NCBI RefSeq assembly: GCF_006345805.1 | Contig: NC_043011.1 | Location: 46,140,464 to 46,204,463 of the forward strand | Origin: Octopus sinensis | Taxonomy: Eukaryota | DNA: 64,000 nucleotides | Reading direction: 5' to 3' | In this document: one piece after another, positions 26,241-39,379 of the stretch | How positions within the stretch are numbered: position 1 is the first letter of the stretch | Layout of the letters: each line of letters opens with the position of its first letter | Notes under the pieces: model-generated | Databases searched by the model: none | What the model was told of the DNA's origin: nothing | Seen by the model: the letters and a program-made list of their open reading frames with translations, nothing else | Translations under genes and position numbers: made by a program

Positions 26241-29200
26241 GCCACCTTTTTGGCAATTTGGCACTTCTACTGCAAAGTATGCAAACAGAATTTGGACAGC
26301 ATTTATAAAAGATGTCTTTACTTGACCTCTGTGTATTCTGATTATGAAACTTCATCAAATTAGTGTAGGCGACCTACATTTTAATACAGCCAGACAAGAA
26401 TTTTACAATTAGTGAAGGAGCCATTACATCTACTAACAGGATTAACTTAATCCTAATTGACATTTTTGTTTTCAAACTAAAGTACAGATTTATTTTTTGA
26501 TGCTCCACAAAGATTGTCAGACTATGATGCTGGATTTTATTTAAAACTTTAGGTCATCCACTACATCGTGGTTTTGTCCCCAGTCAGTCGACCAACCCAG
26601 TTTGCATCTAGAAAATAAAAAGCATTGCATCTCATAGCCATTGAGAAGAAACGATTCTCAAAGTGGTTGGGCTTCACTGATAGCCACCACCATATCCAAA
26701 TCTAGGGACCTGAGATTGATAAGTAAGTCACTTTGCTTTCTGACCTACCCAGGCCATGTGCATTTACAGAGCTAACCCCAAATATGACCACAGTGGATGG
26801 AGAAAAAGTGAGAGAAGCCACTCATTTGGGTTCAAAAGAAAGTGTAAGAAGCGGGAAGGGGTCCTTAAAAAACCCCTTCAAATGTTGCTTGGCAGTTATT
26901 TTTGCAATATTCCAACATCTCATGATATTTTCCTCAGAATTATATCTTTTGGAGTCTTAAGGATGAGCTTCTCAAAACCCATCTCTTTTTGTTTGAATTT
27001 TGTCACCAAGCTGTGTGTATTTCATCAATTTCACTATTGTTTCTTTGTGCCACAGTAAGGTTAATGAAGAGGAGAGGTTGTTATATGTTTAGCTGTTAGT
27101 GTTACTGGTACACTTAAACCTTGTAGTTAAATACTAAGAAACCCAAAAGGCTCAGAAGTACAAACAAACTGTTCTCATGAGTAGAGTCTACGTTCTAAGA
27201 AAAAAATACTATCAGTTTGAGAATATCTCAGTTTTTAAACTCTTTCAAGATCAGAACTATTAAAACAAACTTTTGACAAAATATTGATTCTCAGAATTGG
27301 GACTCCTTTCCATGCAATGTATAATATTCACATTAAAACAAACGGCTTGTTTTTACTTGAGGTCACTGGGTGAGACTTGGAACTGCTAGCAACAGCAGCA
27401 GCAGCAACGATGACAGTGACGACAATGCTGACAACAACAACAACAACAACAACATAATAATAATAATCATAATAATAATAATCCTTTCTACTTTTGGCAC
27501 AAGGCCAGCAGTTTTGAGAAGTGGATGGGTATCATATGCCTATACTGATCCCAACACATTTATTGACCCTGGAGGGGATGAAACACAGAGTCGACTCTGG
27601 CATAGATTGAACTCAGTATGTAAAGTGCCAGAACAAATACTGTGTGGTATTTGTTCTGTTTCTCAAATAATTCTGCTGCTCAATAATAACAAAAAGCAGC
27701 AACAACAACCACAACAACAAACAAATTGTTGATTACCTAGTAAAGTGCGCTGTTCTATAATTAATAGTTAAGAACTAATCCGGAGTATTTAATTAAAACA
27801 GAAAAATCCAGTTAAGAAATATATTAGCATATCAAACAGTTAGTGGAAAATCTAATTAGTTAATAAAAAGAAATAATTAGGTAAACATACAGTCAATTTG
27901 AAGTATTTATAGAGTAATTAAGAACCCATGTGAACACAGAAAAAGAAAATGTGAATGTAAGTACAGTAATGGTGGTGATGTTGGTGGTGATGATATTAGT
28001 TTCAGAATGAATTGTGGAATGGTGAATATAGGGAGATGCAAGTCTTCTTACCAGAGATTTTGCCACTAGCTGTTGCTGCTACTTGGGCTTGAACATTGGC
28101 ATGCATTATCAAAAGTGAGATTTAGCTAAAGCAAATATTTTAGGTAAATTCCTTCATATAATCCAGCAGAGTTTTGCAAAAAAAACGGCTTCGGCTGAAA
28201 TCTAAGATTTAAGCTGATGCAACAGATTCCGGTCAGTTAATTTCAAGCATTGAAAAATATATCATTTCTTTTCTTTTCCTTTTTCTTAGAATCTCCTTTA
28301 AATATATTTGAGCAATGAAAATTTTAAAAGCAAAACCAAAGTTTCATTCTGTAACAAATAGCCGTCCAGTGTATGTTTAAAGTGACCCAAAGCCATCTAA
28401 CCACAAAATTGGCGAGAGAAAAAATATATATTAAGCTCTCTATATCTATAATCTGTAATGGATTATCATAATATTTTGATAGGTAAAGCCTATTTGCTAA
28501 GCATCTTTGTTTTTTTAATAAACAACTTCTTTTACTTTATCTGTCATCCTATACAATTTAAATATTTATTAACAGAAAAATTAACGAATGGCCATATGAA
28601 AAATAAGTGATTTTTCTGTTAATAAATCTAGCAAAATTTTGATAGTTTTCAATACAATACAAAGATCAAATATTTAAAAAATGATTGACATCCTTTTTTT
28701 ATAATCCTATCAAAGATGACAACTTATCAAATATAATGATTAGAAAAAAAAAAAAAAAAATATCACTGGATTATGAGAGATTATAGAAAGTTAAGAACAT
28801 AGAAAGGCTGCATTATCTTACAGAGATAAAGAATAAGAGATATAAAGAATGCTTGCATTAAACTCACTAATATGTTTACTTTACTCTTTGTTACTTGGGT
28901 GCATCAACCGCCTTATCTTATTAGTTGTAAATGCTAGTGATAAGATGTAGTACTGTTGTGTAATTAGCTTGATCAATATAGACTAGATCGAAGATAATTC
29001 ACATGAATATCTTCATTTGGTTTGTTAAGTTTGTTTAATAGGTTGTTTGATAATATTCCAAGTTCTTGATTAAAAATGAAATTTTAGATAATAAAGCTTC
29101 AATTTTTAAGAAAGGGGTAATGAGCTTTGGCATTGGTGCATTTCCTAAAAATTTTATTGATATCAATGAAAATAAAATTACTAATTTTGTTTTGGGATTT

Positions 29201-29243
29201 GGTTTGCAAGATTCTTTATATGATTTCGCGTGTTGAAGCATAG

Positions 29244-29485
29244 TCTGTTGTGTCTGGAGAGAGTCATTTTCTTTTTGTGCCTTATAATTTAACACACTCA
29301 CCGGTAAAATTTCCCCTGTTTTCTTATTTTTATTTTCCTAGTCTTGACTCAAGACTATTGAAAAGGTTGCAAGATGCAACAAAAATTTTAGGAAAATAAA
29401 AATTAGAAAAAAGTGGAAATTTTACCGGTGAGTGTGTTAAATTATGAGGCACTAAAAGAAAATGACTCTCCTCAGACACAACAGA
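29244..29485. repeat. ~240-bp imperfect palindrome (foldback)
   Basis: Arms 29244-29340 and 29389-29485 are ~90% complementary. Two small hairpins in the spacer. Confidence 0.85.
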
Positions 29486-30463
29486 ATAAAATTACTAATC
29501 CATGAGCAAAAATCAGAGACAGTATACTCGCAGTGTATATTGGTCAAATTTTGGCACAAGGCCAGAAATTTTAAGGAATGGATTAAGTTGATTACACTGA
29601 CCCCAGTACTCAACTGGTACCTATTTTATCAATCCTCAAAAGGGATGTTGGCCTTGGTGGGATTTGAACTCATAACATGGATGTAATGTTGCTAAGCTTT
29701 TTACTCAGGATGTTAATGCTTCTGTCAAATCACCATCTTTCTTGTAATGTAAATGGATTACTGCAAACACAATACCATTTATCTTAGAAAATTTCTTCAC
29801 TTAAGAGTTACTTAAACAAGATGAAAACTTATAATCTATACAACATGGTGAACATAATCAAATTCTAAAGTATACATGAATAAGAAGCTAATAGAATTAA
29901 CTTCTAATTCATGCTGCACCAGTGACAAATGACATTTCTGTTTGAAATTATTCAATTATTGACGTTTTGAAAAGCAACACATCCATTGTCCCCAGGTGGC
30001 ATATGCTAAATTTGGCTAAAACATATTACCACAAACTGGTTTTCTGAACAAGATGGTAGATATGGAGGCCAATATCATTATTAGATGAATATGCGAAACT
30101 GGAATGAGCAGTGTCTCTCTCTCTCTGACATTATTACAGCTGTAATATATATATATATTATATATATATCATTGTGTGGCACCTTGGGCAAGTGTCTTCT
30201 ACTATAGCCTTGGGCCAACCAAAGCCTTGTGAGTGGATTTGTTAGACAGAAACTGAAAGAAGCCCATCATATGTATATATATATATATATATATATGTAT
30301 ATGTGTGTGTATATGTTTGTGTGTCTTTGTTTGTCCTCCCAACATTGCTTGACAACTGATGCTGGTGTGTTTATGTCCCCGTAACTTAGCGGTTCAGCAA
30401 GAGAAACCAATAGAATAAATACTACATTTATGTGCTTACTCTGATATATATATATACATACAT

Positions 30464-30507
<44 letters not shown>

Positions 30508-31978
30508 ACATACATACACACACGTGTATGTATGTATGTATCTATGTATATAACAGAAGAAAGTTCACTATGTACAGCTATAAAGGTGATCTAAAATTAA
30601 TGCTTAAAATAAAATACTGCTGCTACAGACTTAATCCTGTTTGAGATTATTCAATTACAAAGTATGCTAATATTAATACTATCTGTAGGTGGTATTTGCT
30701 AACTGTGGCTATAGCCCAAGGCTGATGGTCTGGACATGAGGGTGGACGTGAAGGCCAATATCAATATTGATTTAGTATCTGAAAATATATTATTGGACAA
30801 TGCAAGAAAACAAGCTTCAAATCCCTAAGCTTGTTTTTATCCAATAAATTTTTAGTTTGTTGACTGCTGCACACTAGCTGAGATGGAAAATATAATTTAG
30901 TTTTTACTTGTTTCAGTCATTAGGCCGTGGCCATGCTGGGGTACCATCTTGAAGAATTTTAGTCAAATGAATCAACCACAGCACTTTTCTTTATTCTTTT
31001 ACTTGTTTCAGTCATTTGACTGTGGCCATGCTGGAGCACCGCCTTTAATCGAGCAACTCGACCCCATGACTTATTCTTTTGTAAGCCCAGTACTTATTCT
31101 ATCGGTCTCTTTTGCCGAACCGCTAAGTAACGGGGACATAAACACACCAGCATCGGTTGTCAAGCAATGCTAGGGGGACAAACACAGACACACAAACATA
31201 CACGCATATACATATATATACATATATACGACGGGCTTCTTTCATTTTCCGTCTACCAAATCCACTCACAAGGCTTTGGTTGGCCCGAGGCTATAGTAGA
31301 AGACACTTGCCCAAGGTTCCATGCAGTGGGACTGAACCCGGAACCATGTGGTGTGTAAACAAGCTACTTACCACACAGCCACTTTTTTTTTTTTTTTGAA
31401 GCCTGGTAACTATTCTGGTGAATCTTCTGCCTTACTGAAGCACTAAGTAATCACACACACACACACACACATGAAAGGTTCCTTTCAGTTTCCGTCTGCT
31501 AAATCGACTCACAAGGCTTTAGCCGGTCTGGAGCTATAGTAGAAGATACTTGTTCAAGATGCCATGCAGTGGGACTGAACACAGAACTGTGTGGCTGGGA
31601 AGCAAACTCCTTAACCCACATCCACACCTGGGACCTAGTGGTAAAACTGCCCCCAAAACAATAAACATTTGCAAGATTTAACATTTTCTTTCCAGATTTT
31701 GATGACAGAATAGTAAAAAAAAACATTCAGTCTTGCCAAAAAAATATTTGGGTATGAAATCAAATGGAAGTTTGATGATCCATTCAAATAAGAATTTCAT
31801 TTTTAATTTAACTGCAATTAATAAAAAGAAAAAAATTAATTTCCTGAATTGTTCCAATAATTGCCACTGGCAAAGATATAACGATGAAAAAAATTACTTG
31901 ATAGTAATTAAAAACGACTTCATCTCCACCATCCTTTACTCTCTTTCCTGTGGGTATAATAATGTATCTCCTCTACAT

Positions 31979-32449
31979 CAGAGGTCCCCAACCACCAGGC
32001 TATAAACTGGTACCAGCCTGTGGATCATTTGCTATCAGGCCACAAAGAAATAAGTGGGGTTTTCTGCAGTGACAACAACCAAAACAAAATTACGAACTAG
32101 ACTAGACATAAGGAACACACTTCACATGTCATTGTCTCTCATCACTCCCAGATGGGGCTGTCTAGTTGCAGGGAAACAAACTCAGGGCCCCTACTGATTC
32201 TGCATTATGGTGAGTTGATATTGATTCAGGGAAACTAAGTACACAAGTGTGTGGCCAGGCTGGAGCACAGAAATGAGAATCAAAAGATTATACACTTTTT
32301 CTTCCCTTTAATAAATTGTTCTTTTTCTTTTGTCATTGCTCTTTTTATCAAAATGCACTTAAATTACACATATGTGCCACAACCAGTCCATGGAAAGATT
32401 GTCTGGCATGAAACTGGTCCGTGGTATAAAGAGGGGATGGAGGCCACTG
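31979..32449 (+). mobile_element. Non-autonomous hAT (Charlie/MER1-like) element
   Basis: CAGAGGTCCCCAACC...GGATGGAGGCCACTG termini. Perfect 8-bp TSD CTCTACAT at 31971-31978 and 32450-32457. Confidence 0.88.
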
Positions 32450-33362
32450 CTCTACATGACACCTGTGTCTATCCCTCTACGTGACTGTAGCCCCTCAATA
32501 TTAGGTGCAAAGCCATCTCCCTCAATACTGAACCTCAACTCTGACAAAGGGTTTTTTCTTGTGAATTACACGGTGACTTCACTGGTGTTGACGCCACAAA
32601 AATGCACCCAATACACATGCCGTTCAAGAATTTGGACCTGGAGATCTCCATTTCCAGTGACTTCGAGGGCCACTTCCCAGTGGTGTCGGGTGTCAACGAA
32701 GAGCCCTCGACTACAACAAGACGACCAAAGTTTTTTTTTTTTCCAAGGGCTGGGGTCTCCCACCCCTAAGCCCTAGACCATCACCTAATCACCCTTACCC
32801 CGGCTTGTTGCTTAACAATGACAACAACCCAATATAGGAAGAGCACAGAGCCATAGAAAGCATGCCAAAGCAAACCTTGGAGCTTAATGCAGACCTCTGG
32901 ATCCTGTTGGATCTTGTTGAACCATTTAATTCATACCAACATGGAATATGCACATTACAGAATAATGCTGACAACTCCCTGCTCTCTCTCTCTCTCTCTC
33001 TCTCTTACACACACACACATGTTGTTAATGTGCATGGCCTAGTGGTTAGGATGTTGAATTCATGATCACAAGATCTTCGTTTCAATTCCTGGACCAGGTG
33101 ATGTGTTGTGCTTTTGAGCAAAGCACTTCATTTTAAGTTGCTACCTGATCACTGTGACATCTGACATGTGGCACACTATGCACCAGTAGAGACAATGTTA
33201 ATTTAATGGAGGAAGTGAGCTAATTGCACAACACCAACATTTGATTACTATAAACAAATCATCTGTTGTTCAAAAAGAAATTGTGTAACCTTCATTTGTT
33301 ATTTACCACAGGTGTCACAATACATACACACACACGTGTGTGTGTGTGTGTATCTGTGTCTG

Positions 33363-33438
<76 letters not shown>

Positions 33439-34221
33439 CCTTATTTCTTTACTGCCCACAAGGGGCTACACACAGAGGGGACAAACCAGGACAGACAAAC
33501 GGATTAAGTCGATTATATCGACCCCAGAGCGTAACTGGTACTTATTTAATTGGCCCTGAAAGGATGAAAGGCAAAGTCGACCTTGGCAGAATTTGAACTC
33601 AGATCATAGCGGCTGACGAAATACCACTAAGCATTTCACCCGGTGTGCTAACGTTTCTGCCAGCTCACTGCATGCATGCATGCATGCATCCATCCATCCA
33701 CCCATCCATGCTTACATACATACATACAGACAGACAGACAGACAGACAGACATTCAGGCAGACATTCAGACAGATATAAGCTGGTTGTAAGAACTGCCAC
33801 ATGTTAGGAAATGGATGAGCTGAGAATGATCAGTCTGCTGTGTAATGTTACATTTCAGAATAGTTGAGAACAAGTGAGTTAAAAAACAAAACAAAACGAA
33901 TACAACACTAATCCTCCAATGTATAAATTGTTGCATGTAGAAGAGACACCTATATTGAGAAAAACACGTAATTTTAATGGATAATACACGCAAGATAAAG
34001 AAGTGCCATGTGTTGGTCAACAAACATACCAGTAGTTGAGAGAGAGAGAGATCAATGGGACCTTGGAAAGAAGAAGCTTATTAAATCAGAAACGATGCTA
34101 GCTTTAATAAATGAGATAATATTGGATCAAGCTTCCTACAGTAATGCTGTATTGCAAATGTGTGTAACTTGTATAGTAAAGCATAGTTTAGAAAGTAGAT
34201 ATATAGTACGCAGATATATAG

Positions 34222-34625
34222 GGCGCAGGAGTGGCTGTGTGGTAAGTAGCTTGCTAACCAACCACATGGTTCCGGGTTCAGTCCCACTGCGTAGCACCTT
34301 GGGCAAGTGTCTTCTACTATAGCCTCGGGCCGACCAAAGCCTTGTGAGTGGATTTGGTAGACGGAAACTGAAAGAATCCCGTCGTATATATGTATATATA
34401 TATGCGTGGGTTTGTTTGTGCGTCTGTGTTTGTCCCCCTAGCATTGCTTGACAACCGATGCTGGTGTGTTTATGTCCCCGTAACTTAGCGGTTCGGCAAA
34501 AGAGACCGATAGAATAAGTACTGGGCTTACAAAAGAATAAGTCCCGGAGTTGAGTTGCTCGATTAAAAAAAGGTGGTGCTCCAGCATGGCCGCAGTCAAA
34601 TGACCGAAACAAGTAAAAGAGTAAA
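34222..34625 (+). mobile_element. Family A SINE, young copy
   Basis: Full head, body and TAAAAGAG tail. Confidence 0.9.
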
Positions 34626-34656
34626 AAAGAGAGTACATTATTTACATTATGCCCAC

Positions 34657-35140
34657 GGGCATATGGTGTAGTGGTTAAGAGCGCGGGCTACTAACCTCAA
34701 GATTCCGAGTTCGATTTCAAGCAGTGACCTGAACAACAACAATAATAATGATGATGATAATACATTTCTTTATTACCCACAAGGGGCTAAACATAGAGGG
34801 GACAGACAAAGGTATTAAGTTGATTACATCGACCCCAGTGCGTAACTGGTACTTTAATTTATCGACCCTGAAAGGATGAAAGGCACAGTCAACCTTGGCG
34901 GAATTTGAACTCAGAACGTAACGGCAGATGAAATACGGCTATGCATTTCGCGCGGCGTGCTAAAGTTTCTATCGAAAAATACCTCAAGAATGAGAACCCA
35001 GATTCGAAATTTCCTCAAGACACCTGATGAAGGCTGGAGGGTGTATCAGCTGAAACACTGTGTTACCAACAAACAAGATGAGGACAAATATCCGTCAAAT
35101 GTAAATAATGTAAATAATGTACATAATTCCTCTTCTCTTA
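34657..35140 (+). mobile_element. tRNA-headed SINE with (AAT)n linker and Penelope-like tail carrying a decayed HHR (family F); interrupted by a Nin-domain SINE
   Basis: Head GGGCATATGGTGTAGTGGTTAAGAGCGCGGGCTACTAACC..GAGTTCGATT has Pol III A/B-box-like motifs. CTGATGA at 35024-35030, GGCTG/CAGCT stem, GAAA at 35052-35055, ATGTAAATA-repeat tail. Confidence 0.7.
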
Positions 35141-35389
35141 AATATAGAACTGAAATATTCATACTATTTAACTGTAAATGGGTAAAATATAGAACTGTAT
35201 AAATATATAGCGTATTATATACTGTTTTAGTGGTTTCTTCTAAGGATTGAATCAAAATAAATACAAGAAATTTGACTTGTATTTATTGATTTCTGTTGAT
35301 TAACTAAGTCTACCTTAGGAAAAATGGGACATAATTCTTGTGGAATCACAAGTTACTATTGTTTGATATATTAGCAACAAGCACTTGTC

Positions 35390-36240
35390 AATCAACTTTC
35401 TTGGCTCGTGTTCGTTAGATACGTTCTTGCTTTTGAATGATATCAGGAAAAACGAAGTGTTTACAGACACGAAAACATTCAAGACAGGATAAGTAAATTC
35501 GAAAGAAGTACACTTTCGTTCTGTGTATTTCAGTATTTTCCTTCTCATTTTGTCGAAATTGGCCACAGAATTACAATGGAGCACATGGGCGCACACACGT
35601 ACAGTTGAATAGAATTATTTATTTTCAGAAATCTAATTTCATTATTAAAGAGATTTAAAGAAGGAAGAGGTACTACTTAAGAAGAGTAGTCCCGGTGCGC
35701 GCACTCGCGTGCTCGGGCGTCCGCGCTAGTTAGTCGGAAATAGTCGATCCTACAATGACTACCTAGTAAGGTAAATAAAACAAAAACACAAAGTGAGGAT
35801 CGACTAGTCACGACTAGCTAGCGCGGATGCGCGAGTACGCGCACCGGGACCACTCTTAAGTAGTACCGAAGGAAGATATAAAGGAATCAACCTAACTAAC
35901 ATTATTGCCTTTCAACATCTCTCTCTGTCTCACACACACACACTCCGCTTCAAGTTGGACAACTTTCGGATCCATATAGAACGTTTCTATACATTTAGTC
36001 TACTTTACAACTGATAGTCAATTTAGAGTTATCTCCCTTTACCTTACAGCCGAACTTGAAAGGCGAATGCGGAATATATCTTGTCTCTTAATTGTTCATT
36101 TGATAAAGAAAATGAATTGTGTCCAGGCACATATTTGCTTATATTTTAATGCATAATCTTCTGCAGCAATTTTTAAAAAGTGTTATCGAAAAAAGCTGTT
36201 GTGGGACCTAATTTCACTGCGAAACTAAATACATAAAATG
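35390..36240. promoter_or_regulatory. CpG-retaining, repeat-poor segment; possible promoter / first-exon region
   Basis: Many CG dinucleotides outside the MITE compared with the flanks. Minus-strand donor-like AAG|GTAAAG near 36043. Confidence 0.3.
35669..35867. mobile_element. 199-bp MITE with 9-bp TSD (Merlin- or Mutator-like)
   Basis: TIRs GGTACTACTTAAG(A)AGAGTAGTCCCGGTGCGCG.. / ..CGCGCACCGGGACCACTCTTAAGTAGTACC. TSD GAAGGAAGA at 35660-35668 and 35868-35876. CpG-rich. Confidence 0.88.
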
Positions 36241-37275
36241 TCTCCTCATATATTTATATAGGCACAGGAGTGGCTGTGTGGTAAGTAGCTTGCTTACTAA
36301 CCACATGGTTCTGGGTTCAGTCCCACTGCGTGGCACCTTGGGCAGGTGTCTTCAACTATAGCCTCGGGCCGACCAAAGCCTGAAGAAACCCGTCGTATAT
36401 ATATATATAATATATATATATATGTGTGTGTGTGTGGTGTGTGTGTGTGTGTGTGCGTGTGCGTTTGTGTGTTTGTTCCCGCAACATCGCTTGACAACTG
36501 ATGTTGGTGTGTTCATGTCCCGTAACTTAGCAGTTCGGCAAAACAGACCGATAGAATAAGTACTAGGCTTACAAAGAATAAGTACTGGGGTCGATTTGTT
36601 CGACTAAAAGGTGGTGCTCCAGCATGGCCACAGTCAAATGACTGAAACAAACAAAAGTATAAAAAAATAAAAAAGAAACTGTATTGCTACTCCCGTAATG
36701 ATAAATACACAGGTTATTGGCATAGCAGCTATCAACAGATATTTCTACACGTTTGTGACCATTATTATATATAAGTAGTTTAATGAAGGCATAAATCACA
36801 CACTACCATTGTAGAAAACGAGGGACACAATGACTAATGTTATCTTAGTTACATATAAACTGGTACTCCGTCGGTTACGACGACGAGGGTTCCAGTTGTT
36901 CCGACAAACAGGGCAGCCTGCTCGTGAAATTAACACACAAGTGGCTGAGCACTCCACAGACGTGTGTACACTTAACGTAGTTCTCAGGGAGATTCTGTGT
37001 GACACGGAATGTGACAAGGTTGGCCCTATACAATTTTGCTAGCTGAGTGGACAGGAAATAAAGTGAAATAAAGTGTCTTGCTCAAGGACACAATGTACTG
37101 CTGAAAATCGAACTCATGACCTTATTATCATGAGCTGAGTACCTCAATCACTAAACCCATATTTTGCTACTTTCCCCACCCCAAGTCATACTGTAACATC
37201 TCTTATCCTTTACTCACCCCGGGAATCTGGGTGTGTCTCAGAAAGTGACTGTAACAAACATGCAGATTAAAAGTA

Positions 37276-37318
<43 letters not shown>

Positions 37319-37319
<1 letters not shown>

Positions 37320-37505
37320 GGTGGAACAAATAGGGGCTGCAATAAGGGTGGAGCACTTGCAGAAAACAGCACTGCTTGGAACCGCTCGAATACTCTGGAA
37401 GGTGCTTGAAAAATAAGAGGTGTTACCTTAGTTCACTGGTAGAGAACAGCTGACACTGTAGTACATCTCTAGCATTAGAAGATGTGCAAAGGCAATTATA
37501 ATAAT
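37319..37505 (+). mobile_element. 5'-truncated R4/Dong-like LINE 3' end within (AAT)n
   Basis: Translation VEQIGAAIRVEHLQKTALLGTARILWKVLEK* matches the LQKxxLLGTARILRKVL terminus of R4/Dong ORFs. (AAT)n upstream and ATAATAAT downstream. Confidence 0.7.
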
Positions 37506-39379
37506 ATGCAAAATAATGAATGAAGGAGCTTATAAACGTATCATCCATACTAATGTGGAGTCTGAAGAGAGGTTAATTTGGATTTAATTTGCATGATGTG
37601 GTGAGAGAAGAAGGAACTGACATTTTAGCACTGACCCTTTCTAAGGGAAAGGAAAGATGACTGATTTTTTCACTCTTTGACAAAGAGACATCCCAGACTA
37701 CATCAAACCTCTGGCTTACCATCATTTTACTTATTTTCTCTCCCTTTTCTACCACAACACTATGGATTCTGTCTGTTCCTCAGCAGTCAAATACTCCCAA
37801 CTCACTTGTCTCCTCTAATCTCAACATTGTGGATAACCTACATTATGTCCAACCCGCCCTCCAGGCCCTACTCTAATCACTCTTCCCAGTCCTTCACCCC
37901 TGTATATTGTCCCTCTGGAATCTTCTTGCTCACATCTCTCTGCAGTTATCAGATATTTCTTTATTGCCCACAAGGGGCTCAGCATAGGGGGGACAAACAA
38001 GGACAGACAAAGGGATTAAGTTGATTACATCGACCCCAGTGTGTAACTGGTCCTTAATTTATTGACCCTGAAATGATGAAAGGCAAAGGCAGCTTTGAGG
38101 AGTCTGAAAATACCATGGACACTGTTCTTCCTTCCAGATCCAACAAGTAAAAGAAAGTAGGGGACAATCACAAAATATCAGATTCATTCCATAACTCACA
38201 GTATATAATAAGTATAAGACCCCCTTCAGTCATGAATAACCATGAGGTTGTACCTAGAAAGTCCCCCTCTTCCGAGGCACAAGTCCAGGCAAAGTTGTTT
38301 ATGAAAGACCAGCATTCACCGATGCATACCAGCCACCAATGTTATCCAAGGGAAAGGCAAAGGTCAATAAAGCTTGGCACCAGTGACGTCACAACTCATT
38401 TCTACAACTGAGTGAGCTGGAGCAATGTGAAATAAAGTGTCTTGCTCAAGAATACAACACATGGCCTGGTCCAGGAATCGAAGTCATTACCTCATGGTTA
38501 TGAGTCTGACACTCTAACCACTGAGCCATGTGCTTTCACACACACACACACACAGATACAAAAAAGTCAGTGAGCTGGCAGAAACGTTAGCATGCTGGGC
38601 GAAATGCTTAGCGGTATTTCGTCTGCTGTTACGTTCTGAGTTCAAATTCCGTCGAGTTCGACTTCGCCTTTCATCATTTCGGGGTCGATAAATTAAATCG
38701 ACTTAATCCCTTTGTCTGTCCTTGTTTGTCCCCTCTATGTTTAGCCCCTTGTGGGCAATAAAGAAATAAGATACAAAATATAAAGTAAAGGAGGAAAGAC
38801 CCCCTTTGATGATGAATGACTATGGGGTTGCAGCTAGAAAGTTCCCCTCCAAGGCACAAGTCCATGCTCAGCTGGTACTTATTATATCGACCCCGAAAGG
38901 ATGAAAGGGGAAATCGACCTCAGCAGCATTTGAACTCTGAACGTCCAGGAAAAATGCCTCTAAGCATTTTATCTGATGCAATAATAATTTTGCCAGCTCA
39001 CCACTTTAAGTATGTATATGATGGTTTACAGACATATTAAGAACAAGATGCAATTGCACTGAACAACTTTTTATTATTAAGGTTGCTCTAGTGATGTTCC
39101 TGCTAAATTCAGTACCTTTGGGGAGAAATCATGGGAACTGCCTTCCCATTAACTTTGAAATTATTGAATCTAACACTGGAAGTTTATGAAATACTTGATA
39201 ATTACTTTTCGTTTTTGGATTTGGTTTGCAAGATTCTTTGATAATTATTCATAAAACACAAATATCCAGCATCAAACCTTAAAAGAGTCTTTCATCATAT
39301 TAGCTTGGTCTTCTATAACATTAATTAGACTAATAATAAAATATGAAGAGGTAGATTTGAAATAGAAGTATTCAAAATT

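Noticed and set aside
13598-28110. Similar peptides MHTNVQAHVA (13654-) and MHANVQAQVA (~28100-) suggesting paralogous exons
   Set aside because: The similarity is limited to ~10 codons with no shared flanks or downstream exons, so it cannot be distinguished from chance.
32372-32776. 134-aa ORF in a GC-richer patch
   Set aside because: It starts inside the hAT element, has no domain or splice support, and is probably an old TE remnant.
34136-34612. Recurrent ORFs such as [31 protein letters not shown]
   Set aside because: Antisense translations of the family A SINE, frameshifted differently in each copy.
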